A DNA stretch of 64,000 nucleotides from Candidatus Actinomarina sp. (GCA_045563135.1 JBJKUL010000001.1:14244-78243), one strand, 5' to 3'; counted from the stretch's first letter, positions 1-10,287 are shown. A program made the numbers and translations. The notes: generated by a model not told the origin, from the letters alone.

Positions 1-756
1 TCCATCTTCTTCTACAAAATATTCATGTGAAATATTATTTTCTCTTAACTTTAGTTCAATTGCATTAACTCCTGAAAGATAAAAATTGTCATTTGTTGAA
101 AAATCAAGTTTCCACTCACTTGGAAAAATATTACGTACTTTGTCGCCAAAAATATGTCCCTCTTTCTTACCTGTGTAGAGATGAATAAAGGTATTTTCTC
201 CTATATTTGGTATATCTTTCAAAATACCCGGAAAGCCATACCAAAATGCTGGTGAAAGACATATTACATTTGTAAATTCAGGATTAATTATTGAAAATTT
301 AAGAGCCATTAATCCCCCCATTGATGCTCCTATTACGTGTCTCTTTGCATTGGTTGTGTTTAAATTAAAATTCTCTATTACTGCAGGTATGAACTCACTA
401 TGAATTTTTTTTAAATGTTTAAAGCAAACTTTTGAGTTTCCACGAGGATAAGGATTATATTGAGTCTGTCTTTTTTCATTAGAAGTTATTGCAATAATTA
501 AAATGTTTTTATCTTGTTTTTCCTCAAAACTTTTAATAAGGTTTTCAAGGTTAAAATAAAATCCGAATTGACTAGTTTCTTTATCAAATAAATTCTGACC
601 ATCGAAACTAACCATTACATCTGAAATTGGTTTTTGAAGGTTTGGTATTCTAACCAGAATTTTATTTGAATCTTTTAGTTCCTCATCAAAAATTTCTTCA
701 CTTAGGTATAGATTGTTAAATTTTTCTTCTTGTGAATAAATTGAGAAATCAACCAC
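1..756 (-). CDS. Alpha/beta-hydrolase esterase (IroE/Fes-like), 3' end outside the window
   Basis: Hand translation from GTG at 756 gives VVDFSIYSQEE..., an FDGQNLFD motif and the nucleophile elbow IGASMGG. Not in the ORF track because it runs off the edge. Confidence 0.8.
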   Translation of the reverse strand, partial: MVDFSIYSQEEKFNNLYLSEEIFDEELKDSNKILVRIPNLQKPISDVMVSFDGQNLFDKETSQFGFYFNLENLIKSFEEKQDKNILIIAITSNEKRQTQYNPYPRGNSKVCFKHLKKIHSEFIPAVIENFNLNTTNAKRHVIGASMGGLMALKFSIINPEFTNVICLSPAFWYGFPGILKDIPNIGENTFIHLYTGKKEGHIFGDKVRNIFPSEWKLDFSTNDNFYLSGVNAIELKLRENNISHEYFVEEDG

Positions 757-767
757 GGTATTGTTTT

Positions 768-1229
768 TTAACCAAGGACGTTTTCAATATTCTGAGCGAT
801 TACTTTAGCTTTTTTCTCATTACTTGAAATGATTAATACTACGTTATCACCAGCTATCGATGCTACAACATTATCTAAATACAAATTATCAATTGCTTCG
901 GCTACTACTTGTGCAGCCGCGGTAGTTGTTTTAACAACAACTTGGTTTGACACAGCTTCAACATCTAAAACAAAGTCATTTAAAGCTTTTGAAGCAATCT
1001 TCTTGTGGGCATCATTGTCTTGATCTTTTGGTAAAACGTAAACAAGCAATCCATCTTTTTTTCTTTTTTTGATTGCGCCTAGCTCATTTAGGTCTCGAGA
1101 AAGGGTAGCTTGTGTAATCATTAAATTTCTTTTTTTTAATATGCCTTTTAATTGGTTTTGAGATGATATATTTCCGTCTTCAATTAAGTCAGCAATAATT
1201 TTTTGTCTTTGTAGTGTTGATTTCGCCAT
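768..1229 (-). CDS. argR: Arginine repressor
   Basis: SQ..L, TQATLSRDL and SIAGDN motifs. Start moved to ATG 1229, which lies 6 nt after a TATATT -10. Confidence 0.95.
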   Translation of the reverse strand: MAKSTLQRQKIIADLIEDGNISSQNQLKGILKKRNLMITQATLSRDLNELGAIKKRKKDGLLVYVLPKDQDNDAHKKIASKALNDFVLDVEAVSNQVVVKTTTAAAQVVAEAIDNLYLDNVVASIAGDNVVLIISSNEKKAKVIAQNIENVLG

Positions 1230-1263
1230 TGTATAAATATACATTAATATGAATATTTATACA
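1230..1263. promoter_or_regulatory. Tandem ARG boxes (argR autoregulation)
   Basis: TGTATAAATATACA (1230-1243) and TGAATATTTATACA (1250-1263) at a 20-bp period, overlapping the argR promoter; they match the TGMATAwwwATKCA consensus. Confidence 0.8.
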
Positions 1264-1264
1264 A

Positions 1265-2638
1265 TTATAATTTTTTATAAATACTTTCTGCAAGTTCTAT
1301 TGCTTCTTCTTTTGAAACTTCTCCGTCATTTAGCCTTTGTTCATATAGAGCTTTCATTATTTTTCCAACCTCAGGTCCAGGTTTTAAATCAAATAATTTC
1401 ATAACATCGTCACCAGAAATTGGGGGTCGTAAATTTGAAAGTTCTTCTTTTTCTTGAACTTCCGCTATTCTTTTCTCCATTTCGTCTAAATATTGATTAA
1501 TTTCTTTATATTTCTGTTGGTTTTTTGTAGTTATATCTGCTCTAACTAATTCGTTTAATTCATTTAACATGTCACCTGAGTCTACGATGTATCTTCTAAC
1601 GGCTGAATCTGTCCAGCCCATTTTAAAAGTATGTGGACGAAGATGGTTTTCCACAAGTAGACATATATCTTTTATCTCATTTTTACTGAATTTTAACCTT
1701 TTCAAAATTTGAGCTGCCATTCGTGCGCCGACAACTTCATGATGTCTGAAATGTACTTTTCCATTTTCAATTCCTTTTGTTTTTGGCTTACCAATATCAT
1801 GAAGCAAAGCTGCAAATCTTGGAACAACTTGTGGTGACACTCTCTCAACGACAATTAACGTATGTTCATAAACGTCCTTATGGTGATGTTTTGGATCAAC
1901 TTCTATTTTTAATAGATCGAGTTCTGGCATAATTTTTTGACTTAAGCCACTTTCTACGAATGCTCTTATTGCCAAAGTTGTATTGTCTCCAGTTAATAAT
2001 TTCATCAACTCATCTCTTACTCTTTCGCTGCTAACTATCTCAATTCTCTCAATATTTTTTTTAATAGCCTCAAACGTTTCGTTGTTTGGTGTAAACCCAT
2101 GAGTGCTGATAAACCTGCAAGCTCTTAACATTCTTAACGGATCGTCTGAAAAAGAAATATCAGCTGACATGGGTGTTGTTATAATGCCCTGGGATAGATC
2201 TTTGAGACCTCCGAATGGATCAATCAACTCATTTTTTAATATGTCATAAGCTACTGCATTAACAGTAAAGTCTCTTCTTTTTAAGTCACCCTCAAGGCTA
2301 GAAGAGTTAACAATTTCAGGTTTACGAGAATCTTCTTCGTACGAGTCTTCACGAAATGTTGTTACATGAATAGAAAACTCATCATATTGGGCTTCAATGG
2401 TGCCGAAATCCTTTCCAATTTCTGTAGTTTGATATTTGTTTTCTTTGAAAAGTTTTAGAGATTGATCTGTCGTTGCGTTTGTGGTGAAATCAAAATCAGT
2501 TGTTGAAATATCAAGAATTCCATCTCTTACAGCACCACCTACTAAATAAAGTTCAAAACCAGCATTCTTGTAAAGACTTGCAACCTCAACTAAAAATGGG
2601 TTGTCCTTCAAAACTTTTAATAGTGTTGTTGGTACCAT
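1265..2638 (-). CDS. cca: CCA tRNA nucleotidyltransferase with HD domain
   Basis: VGGAVRD, DFD, RRDFTVNA, DDPLRMLR and LLHDIGK motifs; usual actinobacterial position near oriC. Confidence 0.92.
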   Translation of the reverse strand: MVPTTLLKVLKDNPFLVEVASLYKNAGFELYLVGGAVRDGILDISTTDFDFTTNATTDQSLKLFKENKYQTTEIGKDFGTIEAQYDEFSIHVTTFREDSYEEDSRKPEIVNSSSLEGDLKRRDFTVNAVAYDILKNELIDPFGGLKDLSQGIITTPMSADISFSDDPLRMLRACRFISTHGFTPNNETFEAIKKNIERIEIVSSERVRDELMKLLTGDNTTLAIRAFVESGLSQKIMPELDLLKIEVDPKHHHKDVYEHTLIVVERVSPQVVPRFAALLHDIGKPKTKGIENGKVHFRHHEVVGARMAAQILKRLKFSKNEIKDICLLVENHLRPHTFKMGWTDSAVRRYIVDSGDMLNELNELVRADITTKNQQKYKEINQYLDEMEKRIAEVQEKEELSNLRPPISGDDVMKLFDLKPGPEVGKIMKALYEQRLNDGEVSKEEAIELAESIYKKL

Positions 2639-2674
2639 ATTGTTAGCTTAGAAGAAGATTGGAAACTATACAGT

Positions 2675-3097
2675 ATGAATTCGAAAGTTGATTTTGCTGC
2701 TGGAGGAATTGTTTTTTACAACAATATGATCGTCCTTGTTAAAAACAGAAGAGATGAAGGTGGTAATGACAGAAGTTTTTGGGGTTACCCAAAAGGACAT
2801 CTTGAAGATGGTGAGAAACCTTCAGAGGCTGCTTTGCGTGAAGTTTATGAGGAAACCGGATTTAAGGTAGAACTATGTAGCGAAACTCCTATAGCTGAAT
2901 CACGCTATCAAATTGATTTAGAAAATACTGTCGTTAACAAAACAGTCTGGTTTTATGAAATGAAGGTTATTAAAGCTTTTGAAAAAGAGCCTGATGATGA
3001 AATTGCTGAGATATCAGTTGTCACCTACGAAAAAGCATTAGAATTGTTAACCTTTGATGAAGATAAAAAGATTTTAAAATATGTATTTAACAGATGA
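2675..3097 (+). CDS. NUDIX hydrolase
   Basis: Nudix box GHLEDGEKPSEAALREVYEETG. Confidence 0.9.
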   Translation: MNSKVDFAAGGIVFYNNMIVLVKNRRDEGGNDRSFWGYPKGHLEDGEKPSEAALREVYEETGFKVELCSETPIAESRYQIDLENTVVNKTVWFYEMKVIKAFEKEPDDEIAEISVVTYEKALELLTFDEDKKILKYVFNR

Positions 3098-3788
3098 CAA
3101 AAAAATAAACTATTCAATAAATGGTTCTTTTTATACAAGAAAATGGAATGATTATCTTCCCTATGTTTACTTTGAAAAAGTTTATGGAGGGCATAGTCTA
3201 CTAAAAAAAGCTGTCAATATTGCAAAACAAAATAACATAGAATTTCACTCTTCAATGATTAAAGAAAATCAAGTTGAGTCCTGGGAGTCAGCAGGTTGGA
3301 ATGTTTACAAAAGACTTTATGTTTGTGATCAAAATCTAAAATATCTTCCTAAAAATACATACCAAGATTTAAGTAACATCTCCCAAAAAAAGTTAGAAGC
3401 AAAAGACTTTTCTTATTTGTTAGATTTAGACAAAAATATTTTTGATTCTTATTGGAGAAACTCTAAAACATCTTTTCATGAGACTCTAAAGAGTTGTGTA
3501 AACAACTATCTCTTTCTTCTCAGAGAACAAGGTAAGTTAATTGGGTATGCAATTCTAGGAGAGACAAGAAATCTTTCCTACTTGCAGCGAATTGGAGTAG
3601 ATTTAAATTATCAAGGCTTGGGTTATGGAAAAAGTTTGTTGCAAAATGTTTTAAACTTTGCCAAAAAAAGAAATTTTTACACTATAAAACTTAACACTCA
3701 AGAGACAAATAAGTCTGCTTTAAGCCTGTATAAAAAACATGGTTTCATAGTTCAAAAAAAGCAATTAATAATCATGACAAATGCTTAA
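3081..3788 (+). CDS. GNAT acetyltransferase (RimI-like C-terminal domain)
   Basis: Motif A YQGLGYG and N..ALSLYKKHGF. Confidence 0.85.
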   Translation: MYLTDDKKINYSINGSFYTRKWNDYLPYVYFEKVYGGHSLLKKAVNIAKQNNIEFHSSMIKENQVESWESAGWNVYKRLYVCDQNLKYLPKNTYQDLSNISQKKLEAKDFSYLLDLDKNIFDSYWRNSKTSFHETLKSCVNNYLFLLREQGKLIGYAILGETRNLSYLQRIGVDLNYQGLGYGKSLLQNVLNFAKKRNFYTIKLNTQETNKSALSLYKKHGFIVQKKQLIIMTNA

Positions 3789-3848
3789 GTGAGTGCTTTG
3801 AGATATAAAGTTTGCAAAGAATAAACCTACATAGCTTATTATTACATT

Positions 3849-4136
3849 ATGGAAGAAGACAAATTTATAGAAACATTTGAAAGTCTTATTAAAACTATAA
3901 AAGATTTGATAGTTAAACCTGTTAAAAGATTTACAGGATTTGCTAGTCTTGGTTTACTTTTAATAGTTCTGCTGCTGACAGCTCTTGTGTTTTTATTTAT
4001 GGGTGTTTTAAAAATAATGCAAGGATTGGGTGTCCTACTTGGTGTCAATCCAACGGGATTTGCGCTATCAGCACTAGGTATAGTTTTTTTAGTTTTATCA
4101 TTAAACAATTACAGAAAGAAGAGTAAAAATGCATGA
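3849..4136 (+). CDS. Small two-TM membrane protein
   Basis: Two hydrophobic segments; overlaps the trxB start. Confidence 0.7.
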   Translation: MEEDKFIETFESLIKTIKDLIVKPVKRFTGFASLGLLLIVLLLTALVFLFMGVLKIMQGLGVLLGVNPTGFALSALGIVFLVLSLNNYRKKSKNA

Positions 4137-5043
4137 AATAGCAATTATCGGGTCTGGTCCAGCTGGATATACAGCAGGCATTTATGCCGGGAGAGCAAGT
4201 TTAAGCCCAGTTTTATTTGAAGGTCTAGAGTCCGGTGGTCAGTTGATGTTAACAACAGATGTAGAAAATTATCCAGGTTTTGAAGAAGGTGTTATGGGAC
4301 CAGAGTTAATGCAAGTATTCAAAAAACAGGCTCAAAGATTTGGTACAGAAATAAAGACAGAAACAATTGATTCAATTGAAAAGATTGATGGAGGTTTTCA
4401 ATTAAAAAGTTCTAAAGATACGTATGAATTTAAAACTGTTGTGATTAGTACCGGGGCTTCAGCTAAATGGTTGGGTGTAAAAGGAGAAAAAGAACTTCAA
4501 GGATATGGGGTTTCTGCTTGTGCAACATGCGATGGTTTTTTCTTTAAAGAACTAGAAGTTGTGGTTGTGGGTGGTGGTGACTCAGCTATGGAGGAAGCTC
4601 TTTTCCTAACTAAATTTGCAAAAAAAGTACACGTGATTCATAGGAGAGATTCTTTCAGAGCAAGCAAAATAATGCAGGATAGAGTTTTGGCTCATGAAAA
4701 AATAAATGTGATGTGGAATAAAGAAATCACTGAAATTAAAGGTGACAAAAAAGTATCCTCTATAGCCATTAAAGATACTGAAAATGGTTCAGAAGATGAA
4801 ATTAATGTTGACGGCGTATTTCTAGCAATTGGACATACTCCAAATGTTTCCTTTCTTGATGGGCTAGTTGAGCTAGATGAAAAAGGCTATATAAAGACAG
4901 GATTTACAACAGATACCAGTACCTCAGTACCTGGTATTTTTGCTGCTGGAGATGTAGCGGACTCAGTTTACAGACAAGCAATTACAGCAGCCGGTACAGG
5001 TTGCCAAGCAGCAATAGATGCTGAAAGGTGGCTAGACAATTAG
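4129..5043 (+). CDS. trxB: Thioredoxin reductase
   Basis: GSGPAG, CATCDG, GGGDSAMEEA and RQAITAAG motifs. Confidence 0.97.
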   Translation: MHEIAIIGSGPAGYTAGIYAGRASLSPVLFEGLESGGQLMLTTDVENYPGFEEGVMGPELMQVFKKQAQRFGTEIKTETIDSIEKIDGGFQLKSSKDTYEFKTVVISTGASAKWLGVKGEKELQGYGVSACATCDGFFFKELEVVVVGGGDSAMEEALFLTKFAKKVHVIHRRDSFRASKIMQDRVLAHEKINVMWNKEITEIKGDKKVSSIAIKDTENGSEDEINVDGVFLAIGHTPNVSFLDGLVELDEKGYIKTGFTTDTSTSVPGIFAAGDVADSVYRQAITAAGTGCQAAIDAERWLDN

Positions 5044-5050
5044 TCTCGAT

Positions 5051-5983
5051 TTGTTGGCTCTTTTAAAAGGTTTGTCTGATGTAGAGAAAGAAGACCTACA
5101 GAACAAATTAATGTATGCTGGCTATGCATCTTCTGGGGATATTAATGAAATAGCATCTGTAGTTACCCTGTTTATTGAAGATAAAAACTTAACAAGTTTA
5201 GAAACCAAAGAAGATCTGTGGATAGAATTAGTTAACAATGGGTACAAGCTTGGTGACCGAATATTAAACTTCAATGAACCAAAATTATATGGTTCAGACA
5301 TAGAAGAATTACAGGAACTTTTATCAAGACTAGGATTTTACTCGGAACCAATTAATGGTATTTTCACAAAATCTGTTGCTGACTCAGTTGCGAAATTTCA
5401 AGAAAACAGGGGCTTGTCTGTAGATGGAAATGTTGGTCTTGGCACTGTGCAAGAAATAAGAAAACTAATTAGACCAAACCTGAGTACCTCTTTAAATGAA
5501 GCTATAAAATCAATATCACCGAATTTAGAGACATCAACAATAGGGTACTCAGTGTGTTTTAATTTCCCCAATGAAGATAATTACTCCAAACAGATAGAAA
5601 CATACGAAATAACTAAAGAGGTTTGCATGAATAATAATATTTTGGCTTCTTTTGCCTCTGAGGTTGGACAAGATGTTAAAGAAGAGAATATTATTAACTA
5701 TGTAAACAAACTACAGCCAACGTTGTTTATTTCCTTTAAAAAAACAGATGAAAAATCTGTTTCATTTTTTAAGGGTAGTTTTTCAGAAAGTATTATTGGG
5801 AAAAAATTAGCAGAAGAACTGAAAAAAGAACTTGGAGTTGAGATTCAGGGAAAAACACATAATTTACTAAAAAACACAAAATCTGTTGCATTGATTATTT
5901 TTGGCAATTATTACCAAGATATAGAAATAGAAAAAATCTTAAGCCCTTTATTGGGAATTTTAAATAAAAGCTTTGAAAATTAG
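5051..5983 (+). CDS. CwlM-like peptidoglycan-binding protein with degenerate amidase domain
   Basis: PG-binding motif GSDIEELQELLSRLGF...FQENRGLSVDGNVG; sits between trxB and parB, as cwlM does in mycobacteria. Confidence 0.7.
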   Translation: MLALLKGLSDVEKEDLQNKLMYAGYASSGDINEIASVVTLFIEDKNLTSLETKEDLWIELVNNGYKLGDRILNFNEPKLYGSDIEELQELLSRLGFYSEPINGIFTKSVADSVAKFQENRGLSVDGNVGLGTVQEIRKLIRPNLSTSLNEAIKSISPNLETSTIGYSVCFNFPNEDNYSKQIETYEITKEVCMNNNILASFASEVGQDVKEENIINYVNKLQPTLFISFKKTDEKSVSFFKGSFSESIIGKKLAEELKKELGVEIQGKTHNLLKNTKSVALIIFGNYYQDIEIEKILSPLLGILNKSFEN

Positions 5984-6780
5984 TCTATTTTTTCAACAAA
6001 GTCTTTTATAGCATCTGCAGAGTTAAAATTTAAAACAACTTTAAACTTGCCCTTTTTGTTATGGACTTCTACTTTAGATCCTGTTTTGTCTTCAAAATAG
6101 TTTTTATAAAAAAGGGTTGTTTCATCTGAGCTGGGTTCAGAAGAATTAAGATCTCTAACTTTATTTTCAACCTGTCTGCTGGATAAATTGAGATGTATAA
6201 TTTCATCTAAAATTTGTTCTTGAACTTCTCTTGATAGGTTTATGAGAGGTCTTATTTGACCAAGAGATACTTGGTTGGACTTAAGAGCATTAATTGCCTT
6301 ATCAGAAAGTTTAGAAAGTCTTAAGGAGTTGGAAACATAGGACCTGCTTTTGCCAACTAAAAGTCCAATTTCTTTTGGATCTAAATTATGTTTTTCTGAT
6401 AAATGTTTAAAACCAATTGATTCATCAATTGCATTTAGCTGAGCTCGTTGAATATTTTCGACTAGGCCTATAACCGCTGCATCTCTGGAACTAACATCTT
6501 TTATTAAGCATGGTATTTTTTGCAAATTAGCAAGTTTTGATGCTCTAAGTCTTCTTTCTCCAGCAATTAATTCATATTGATTTTCACCTATTTCTTGAAC
6601 AATTAAGGGTTGAAGAATACCATTTTTTCTTATAGAATCTGCAAGTTCATCTAATTTTATATCATCAAATTCTGTTCTTGCCTGTGAAGAACTTTCTTGA
6701 ATGCTTTCAATTTTAATTTCTATTGCCTTAAATTCTCTTACATTAGTATCTGTTATCAGAGAACTCAGTGACCTCTTCAT
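5980..6780 (-). CDS. parB: Chromosome partitioning protein ParB
   Basis: GILQPL, IAGERRLRA, ENIQR and the HTH GKSRSYVSNSLRL. Confidence 0.95.
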   Translation of the reverse strand: MKRSLSSLITDTNVREFKAIEIKIESIQESSSQARTEFDDIKLDELADSIRKNGILQPLIVQEIGENQYELIAGERRLRASKLANLQKIPCLIKDVSSRDAAVIGLVENIQRAQLNAIDESIGFKHLSEKHNLDPKEIGLLVGKSRSYVSNSLRLSKLSDKAINALKSNQVSLGQIRPLINLSREVQEQILDEIIHLNLSSRQVENKVRDLNSSEPSSDETTLFYKNYFEDKTGSKVEVHNKKGKFKVVLNFNSADAIKDFVEKID

Positions 6781-7534
6781 TTAACCCAACTTTCTTTAAT
6801 ATCTCATTTGCTAAATCAAAATATTCTACCTTTGATTTACTTTCATCTTTATAATCAACTACTGTTTTAGCATAAAATGGTCCATCAGCAATTTCAGCTG
6901 TTTGTGAAATTTTTGATGTTAATAATTTGTCTGCAAGTAAGTATTCGAGTTCTGATACAAAATCTAGATAACTACTTCTTCTTCTGTCTATCTGATTAAG
7001 TAAAACTCCCAAAAATATAGGGTTTGAGTTTTGAATTGTTGATATCGTTTTTTTTGCAAATTCCATTGCTTGGGCTACACCTTCTACTGCTAAGAATTCG
7101 GGTTTTGCAGGAATTAAATAGTAATCAGATACAGCTAAGGCTTCTTGAACAAGTGAACTCATTGTTGGTGGTGTGTCTATTAATATTATTTGATATTCTT
7201 TAAATTTTATATGACGGAATGCTTGCTGTAACTTTGATCCTCCAACAATTTTTTCTTCATTAAATTTAGCTATTTCAGTATTTGAACTTAATATATCTAG
7301 ATTTTCACTAATTTGTCCTGGTTGAATACTTTCTTTTTTTTCAAGTAAATCGATTGAGTCTGTATGGTTTTCAGACATTTTATCGTAATTTAAATATGTT
7401 GATACATTCCCTTGTGGATCTAAGTCAATGATTAATGTTTTGTAACCTAGTTTAGAAAATACTGAAGCTATATTTACTACCGTTGTTGTTTTACCAACAC
7501 CGCCTTTTTGGCAAATTATGGATATTGTTTTCAC
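6743..7534 (-). CDS. parA: Chromosome partitioning ATPase ParA/Soj
   Basis: Deviant Walker A KGGVGKTT, DLDPQGN and IDTPP. Confidence 0.95.
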   Translation of the reverse strand: MKTISIICQKGGVGKTTTVVNIASVFSKLGYKTLIIDLDPQGNVSTYLNYDKMSENHTDSIDLLEKKESIQPGQISENLDILSSNTEIAKFNEEKIVGGSKLQQAFRHIKFKEYQIILIDTPPTMSSLVQEALAVSDYYLIPAKPEFLAVEGVAQAMEFAKKTISTIQNSNPIFLGVLLNQIDRRRSSYLDFVSELEYLLADKLLTSKISQTAEIADGPFYAKTVVDYKDESKSKVEYFDLANEILKKVGLNEEVTEFSDNRY

Positions 7535-8145
7535 TTAACTGTTATAACATCAATATATCTATATTCATTGTTATTAATTAAAAATTTTTCTTGTTTCACG
7601 TGAAACATGTCCTCCAAATTGTTCACAGTATCTGCATTTGATGAAACTATAAAGGTATTTTTCTTGTTATTATCAATATTTTTTTCTAACAAGTTCATTA
7701 AACTGCTGTGAGGAATGTAGCATCTCATTAAGAAAATTGTATGTTCATTATTTTTTAAAAGTATTTCAGCATCCTCTTTAATGGCAGATATGTTTGATAA
7801 TTTCTGTGCAGAGATCAAGCGTTCAAGTTCAAAAATCCTTTTTTGTTTAATGTCAATAAGAGTAATTTCTTGGTTTGAAACAATGCCGAAAGGTATTCCT
7901 GGAATACCCCCACCAGTACCTAAATCAAAAATATTTTGACTTAAAATGTTTAAATCATTAACTATTTTATAGAAATATAGTGAATGAACAATGAATTCAT
8001 CCCATATAAATTGATTGTTTTTAGGACTTATTAAACCAGTTTTAATACCTGTAGTTGACAACCAGGAGTGATAAGAAAGTAGTTCGTTTATATAGTTTTC
8101 AGAAAAATCTTTGCCCCAACTAGGTATTTGGGGATTAAAAGTCAT
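7531..8145 (-). CDS. rsmG: 16S rRNA m7G527 methyltransferase (divergent)
   Basis: DLGTGGGIPGIP SAM-binding motif; conserved position between jag and parA. Confidence 0.85.
   Translation of the reverse strand: MTFNPQIPSWGKDFSENYINELLSYHSWLSTTGIKTGLISPKNNQFIWDEFIVHSLYFYKIVNDLNILSQNIFDLGTGGGIPGIPFGIVSNQEITLIDIKQKRIFELERLISAQKLSNISAIKEDAEILLKNNEHTIFLMRCYIPHSSLMNLLEKNIDNNKKNTFIVSSNADTVNNLEDMFHVKQEKFLINNNEYRYIDVITVK
7592..7607. other. parS centromere site
   Basis: Perfect palindrome TGTTTCACGTGAAACA inside the rsmG 3' end, just upstream of parA. Confidence 0.95.
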
Positions 8146-8933
8146 TCTTCTTCTTTTTTGCTTTCTTGTACTTCACTAGGAGCAAAAACTACTGATCTGT
8201 AGGGTTCTCTTCCTTCAGAATAAGACTGTATACCATCAATATCAGCTACAGCATCATGAAGTGTTTTTCTATCAACAGAATTCATAGGTTCGAGCATTAC
8301 TTCTTGATGGTCTTCTAGTATTTGTTTTGTAAGTCTTTCAGCATATATGGTTAGTGCTTCTTTTCTTTTTACTGCATAATCAGCAACATCTAGTCTTAAT
8401 CGTGTTCCTGCACCTGTTTTTCTCTGAATTACAGTTCTGGTTAATTCGTGCAAAGATCTAATTATATTTCCTTTATCTCCAACTAATGCCTCTGTTTGCT
8501 CACCTTTTACAGCTACTAACAGATTTTGATCTTCTACTTCACCAGAAACAGTACCTTCAAGCCCAAAAGAAGAAATTAAACCTTCTAAGAACTTTATTGA
8601 TACATCGAGCTGCTCTTTTGGATCAGCTTCAACACGTGGTTTTTTTTCATAATTTTTCTTCTTTTCATTAGACTTAGAAGCTTTTTTATTTTGATTGTAA
8701 TTACGTGAATTACCACCACGGCTATTACCGTTTCTAGAATTATTTTTTACGCCGTTTCTAACGGATATTCTTACTAATGCTTTTGTTCCACCAACTCCGA
8801 ATACTCCTCCTTCGGGTTCTCTTAATATGTTGATGTTAGCTTGTGTTGCGTCCTCAAGACTAAGCTCTTTTAATCCAGCTTTTATGGCGTCATCAATGGT
8901 TTTTGCTTCAACTTCTACCCATTTATTAGACAT
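8142..8933 (-). CDS. jag: Jag/EloR (KhpB) RNA-binding protein
   Basis: Jag_N, KH and R3H (RKTLHD, SEGREPYRSVV) domains. Confidence 0.92.
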   Translation of the reverse strand: MSNKWVEVEAKTIDDAIKAGLKELSLEDATQANINILREPEGGVFGVGGTKALVRISVRNGVKNNSRNGNSRGGNSRNYNQNKKASKSNEKKKNYEKKPRVEADPKEQLDVSIKFLEGLISSFGLEGTVSGEVEDQNLLVAVKGEQTEALVGDKGNIIRSLHELTRTVIQRKTGAGTRLRLDVADYAVKRKEALTIYAERLTKQILEDHQEVMLEPMNSVDRKTLHDAVADIDGIQSYSEGREPYRSVVFAPSEVQESKKEEE

Positions 8934-9760
8934 TATTTTCTCCTTCGTTTTTTTCTGTTTTTTCGAGGATCATCCTTTTCATCTTTAATTGGTGATGTAT
9001 CTGGTTTGTTATCTTCCTCTGTTAGGTTTTTTTTATCAGTTTTTTCTTGCTGATTTTCTTCAATTTTTACTATTAACGCTTGTTGACCAATTCTAAAAAT
9101 ATTTCCAGTTAGAAAATATACCACCAATCCAGAAGGTAGAGTCCAAGATATAAAACCAAAAAATAATGGCATTATCTTTCCTATCATCTGCATTTGTTGT
9201 GCTTGTGGGTTGTTTGAATTGCCAGATTTTTTTGTTAATTGACTTTGTTGGTATAAAGCAGTCAGTATTACAAATAAAATAAGCACTAAATAAGGAATTC
9301 TGTCAATCCACGTACTTATCTCAGATGCGGGGATTTGAAGATCCATTGTAAAAAATAAAACACTTGAGTGGTCCCCAAGTTGAGTAAATAGAGAGGCTTC
9401 CTTTGGAATAAACAAAAGTGGTTCCCTTAGAACTCTAAACAATGCAAACCAAACAGGCATTTGAATAATTAATGGAAGAACACAGCCTAGGGGATTTATA
9501 CCTTTTGTTTTATAAAGTTCTGCTATTTCTTTATTGAGTTGTTCTTTGTTGTCTTTGTGTTGTTTTTGCAGTTTTTTTAATTCTGGTTGAATGTCTTGCA
9601 TTCTTTTTGTTGATCTTGTTTGCCTAAGTGTTAGTGGAAAAATTATTATATTAATAATTACGGTTAGTACGACTATTGAAAATCCGTATGAATTTGTAAA
9701 ATCATAAGAATATGACAACAAAAAGCCTATAGCAAGAGCAAATGGTTCTAATATTGCCAA
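8933..9760 (-). CDS. yidC: Membrane protein insertase YidC
   Basis: PLTLRQ, NPLGCVLPLIIQMPV and LPSGLVVYF motifs. Confidence 0.95.
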   Translation of the reverse strand: MAILEPFALAIGFLLSYSYDFTNSYGFSIVVLTVIINIIIFPLTLRQTRSTKRMQDIQPELKKLQKQHKDNKEQLNKEIAELYKTKGINPLGCVLPLIIQMPVWFALFRVLREPLLFIPKEASLFTQLGDHSSVLFFTMDLQIPASEISTWIDRIPYLVLILFVILTALYQQSQLTKKSGNSNNPQAQQMQMIGKIMPLFFGFISWTLPSGLVVYFLTGNIFRIGQQALIVKIEENQQEKTDKKNLTEEDNKPDTSPIKDEKDDPRKNRKKRRRK

Positions 9761-9963
9761 TTTTTACCAAATTTCATATATATTGGGTTACAAATGTAAA
9801 TTCTTCTTAAAATAGTTGGAATTGTATAAATTAATCCTTTTTTTTCTATTGATTCAATAACTACTTCGCTACATGTTGGAACATATAAGCAATTACCTTG
9901 GCCAAAACCAAAGAAATTGAGAATTGATCTAATTGATGTGTATAAAATTGTAGAAATTTTCAT
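9748..9963 (-). CDS. yidD: Membrane insertion efficiency factor
   Basis: CLYVPTCS...RI..CNP motif; lies between rnpA and yidC. Confidence 0.85.
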   Translation of the reverse strand: MKISTILYTSIRSILNFFGFGQGNCLYVPTCSEVVIESIEKKGLIYTIPTILRRIYICNPIYMKFGKNWQY

Positions 9964-10283
9964 TTTGTTTTAAGTTTGGGATGAGAAATTAATATTTCTT
10001 TAATGTCTTTTAAACTAATGTCAGAAGATTGGTTCGAACCTATAACATATATATCAACATTTATTTCTATTTTTAAACCCCTAACAGCCTCTTTTATCCT
10101 TCTTTTAAACTTGTTTCTATTGACAGCGTTTGTGCCTTTGCTTGAGATGTTTATTCCAAGCCTTGACGTTTCTAAATTATTTATTTTTAAATAAACTTTT
10201 AGACCATTAGCTTCAATAGCATTTTCTTCTTTTTTCAGGTTTATAAAATGTTGACTATTGTTTAGTGCAGTAAAGCTTACCAA
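9960..10283 (-). CDS. rnpA: RNase P protein component
   Basis: RLGINISSK..NAVNRNKFKR (RNR motif) and synteny. Confidence 0.9.
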   Translation of the reverse strand: MVSFTALNNSQHFINLKKEENAIEANGLKVYLKINNLETSRLGINISSKGTNAVNRNKFKRRIKEAVRGLKIEINVDIYVIGSNQSSDISLKDIKEILISHPKLKTK

Positions 10284-10287
10284 TTAG

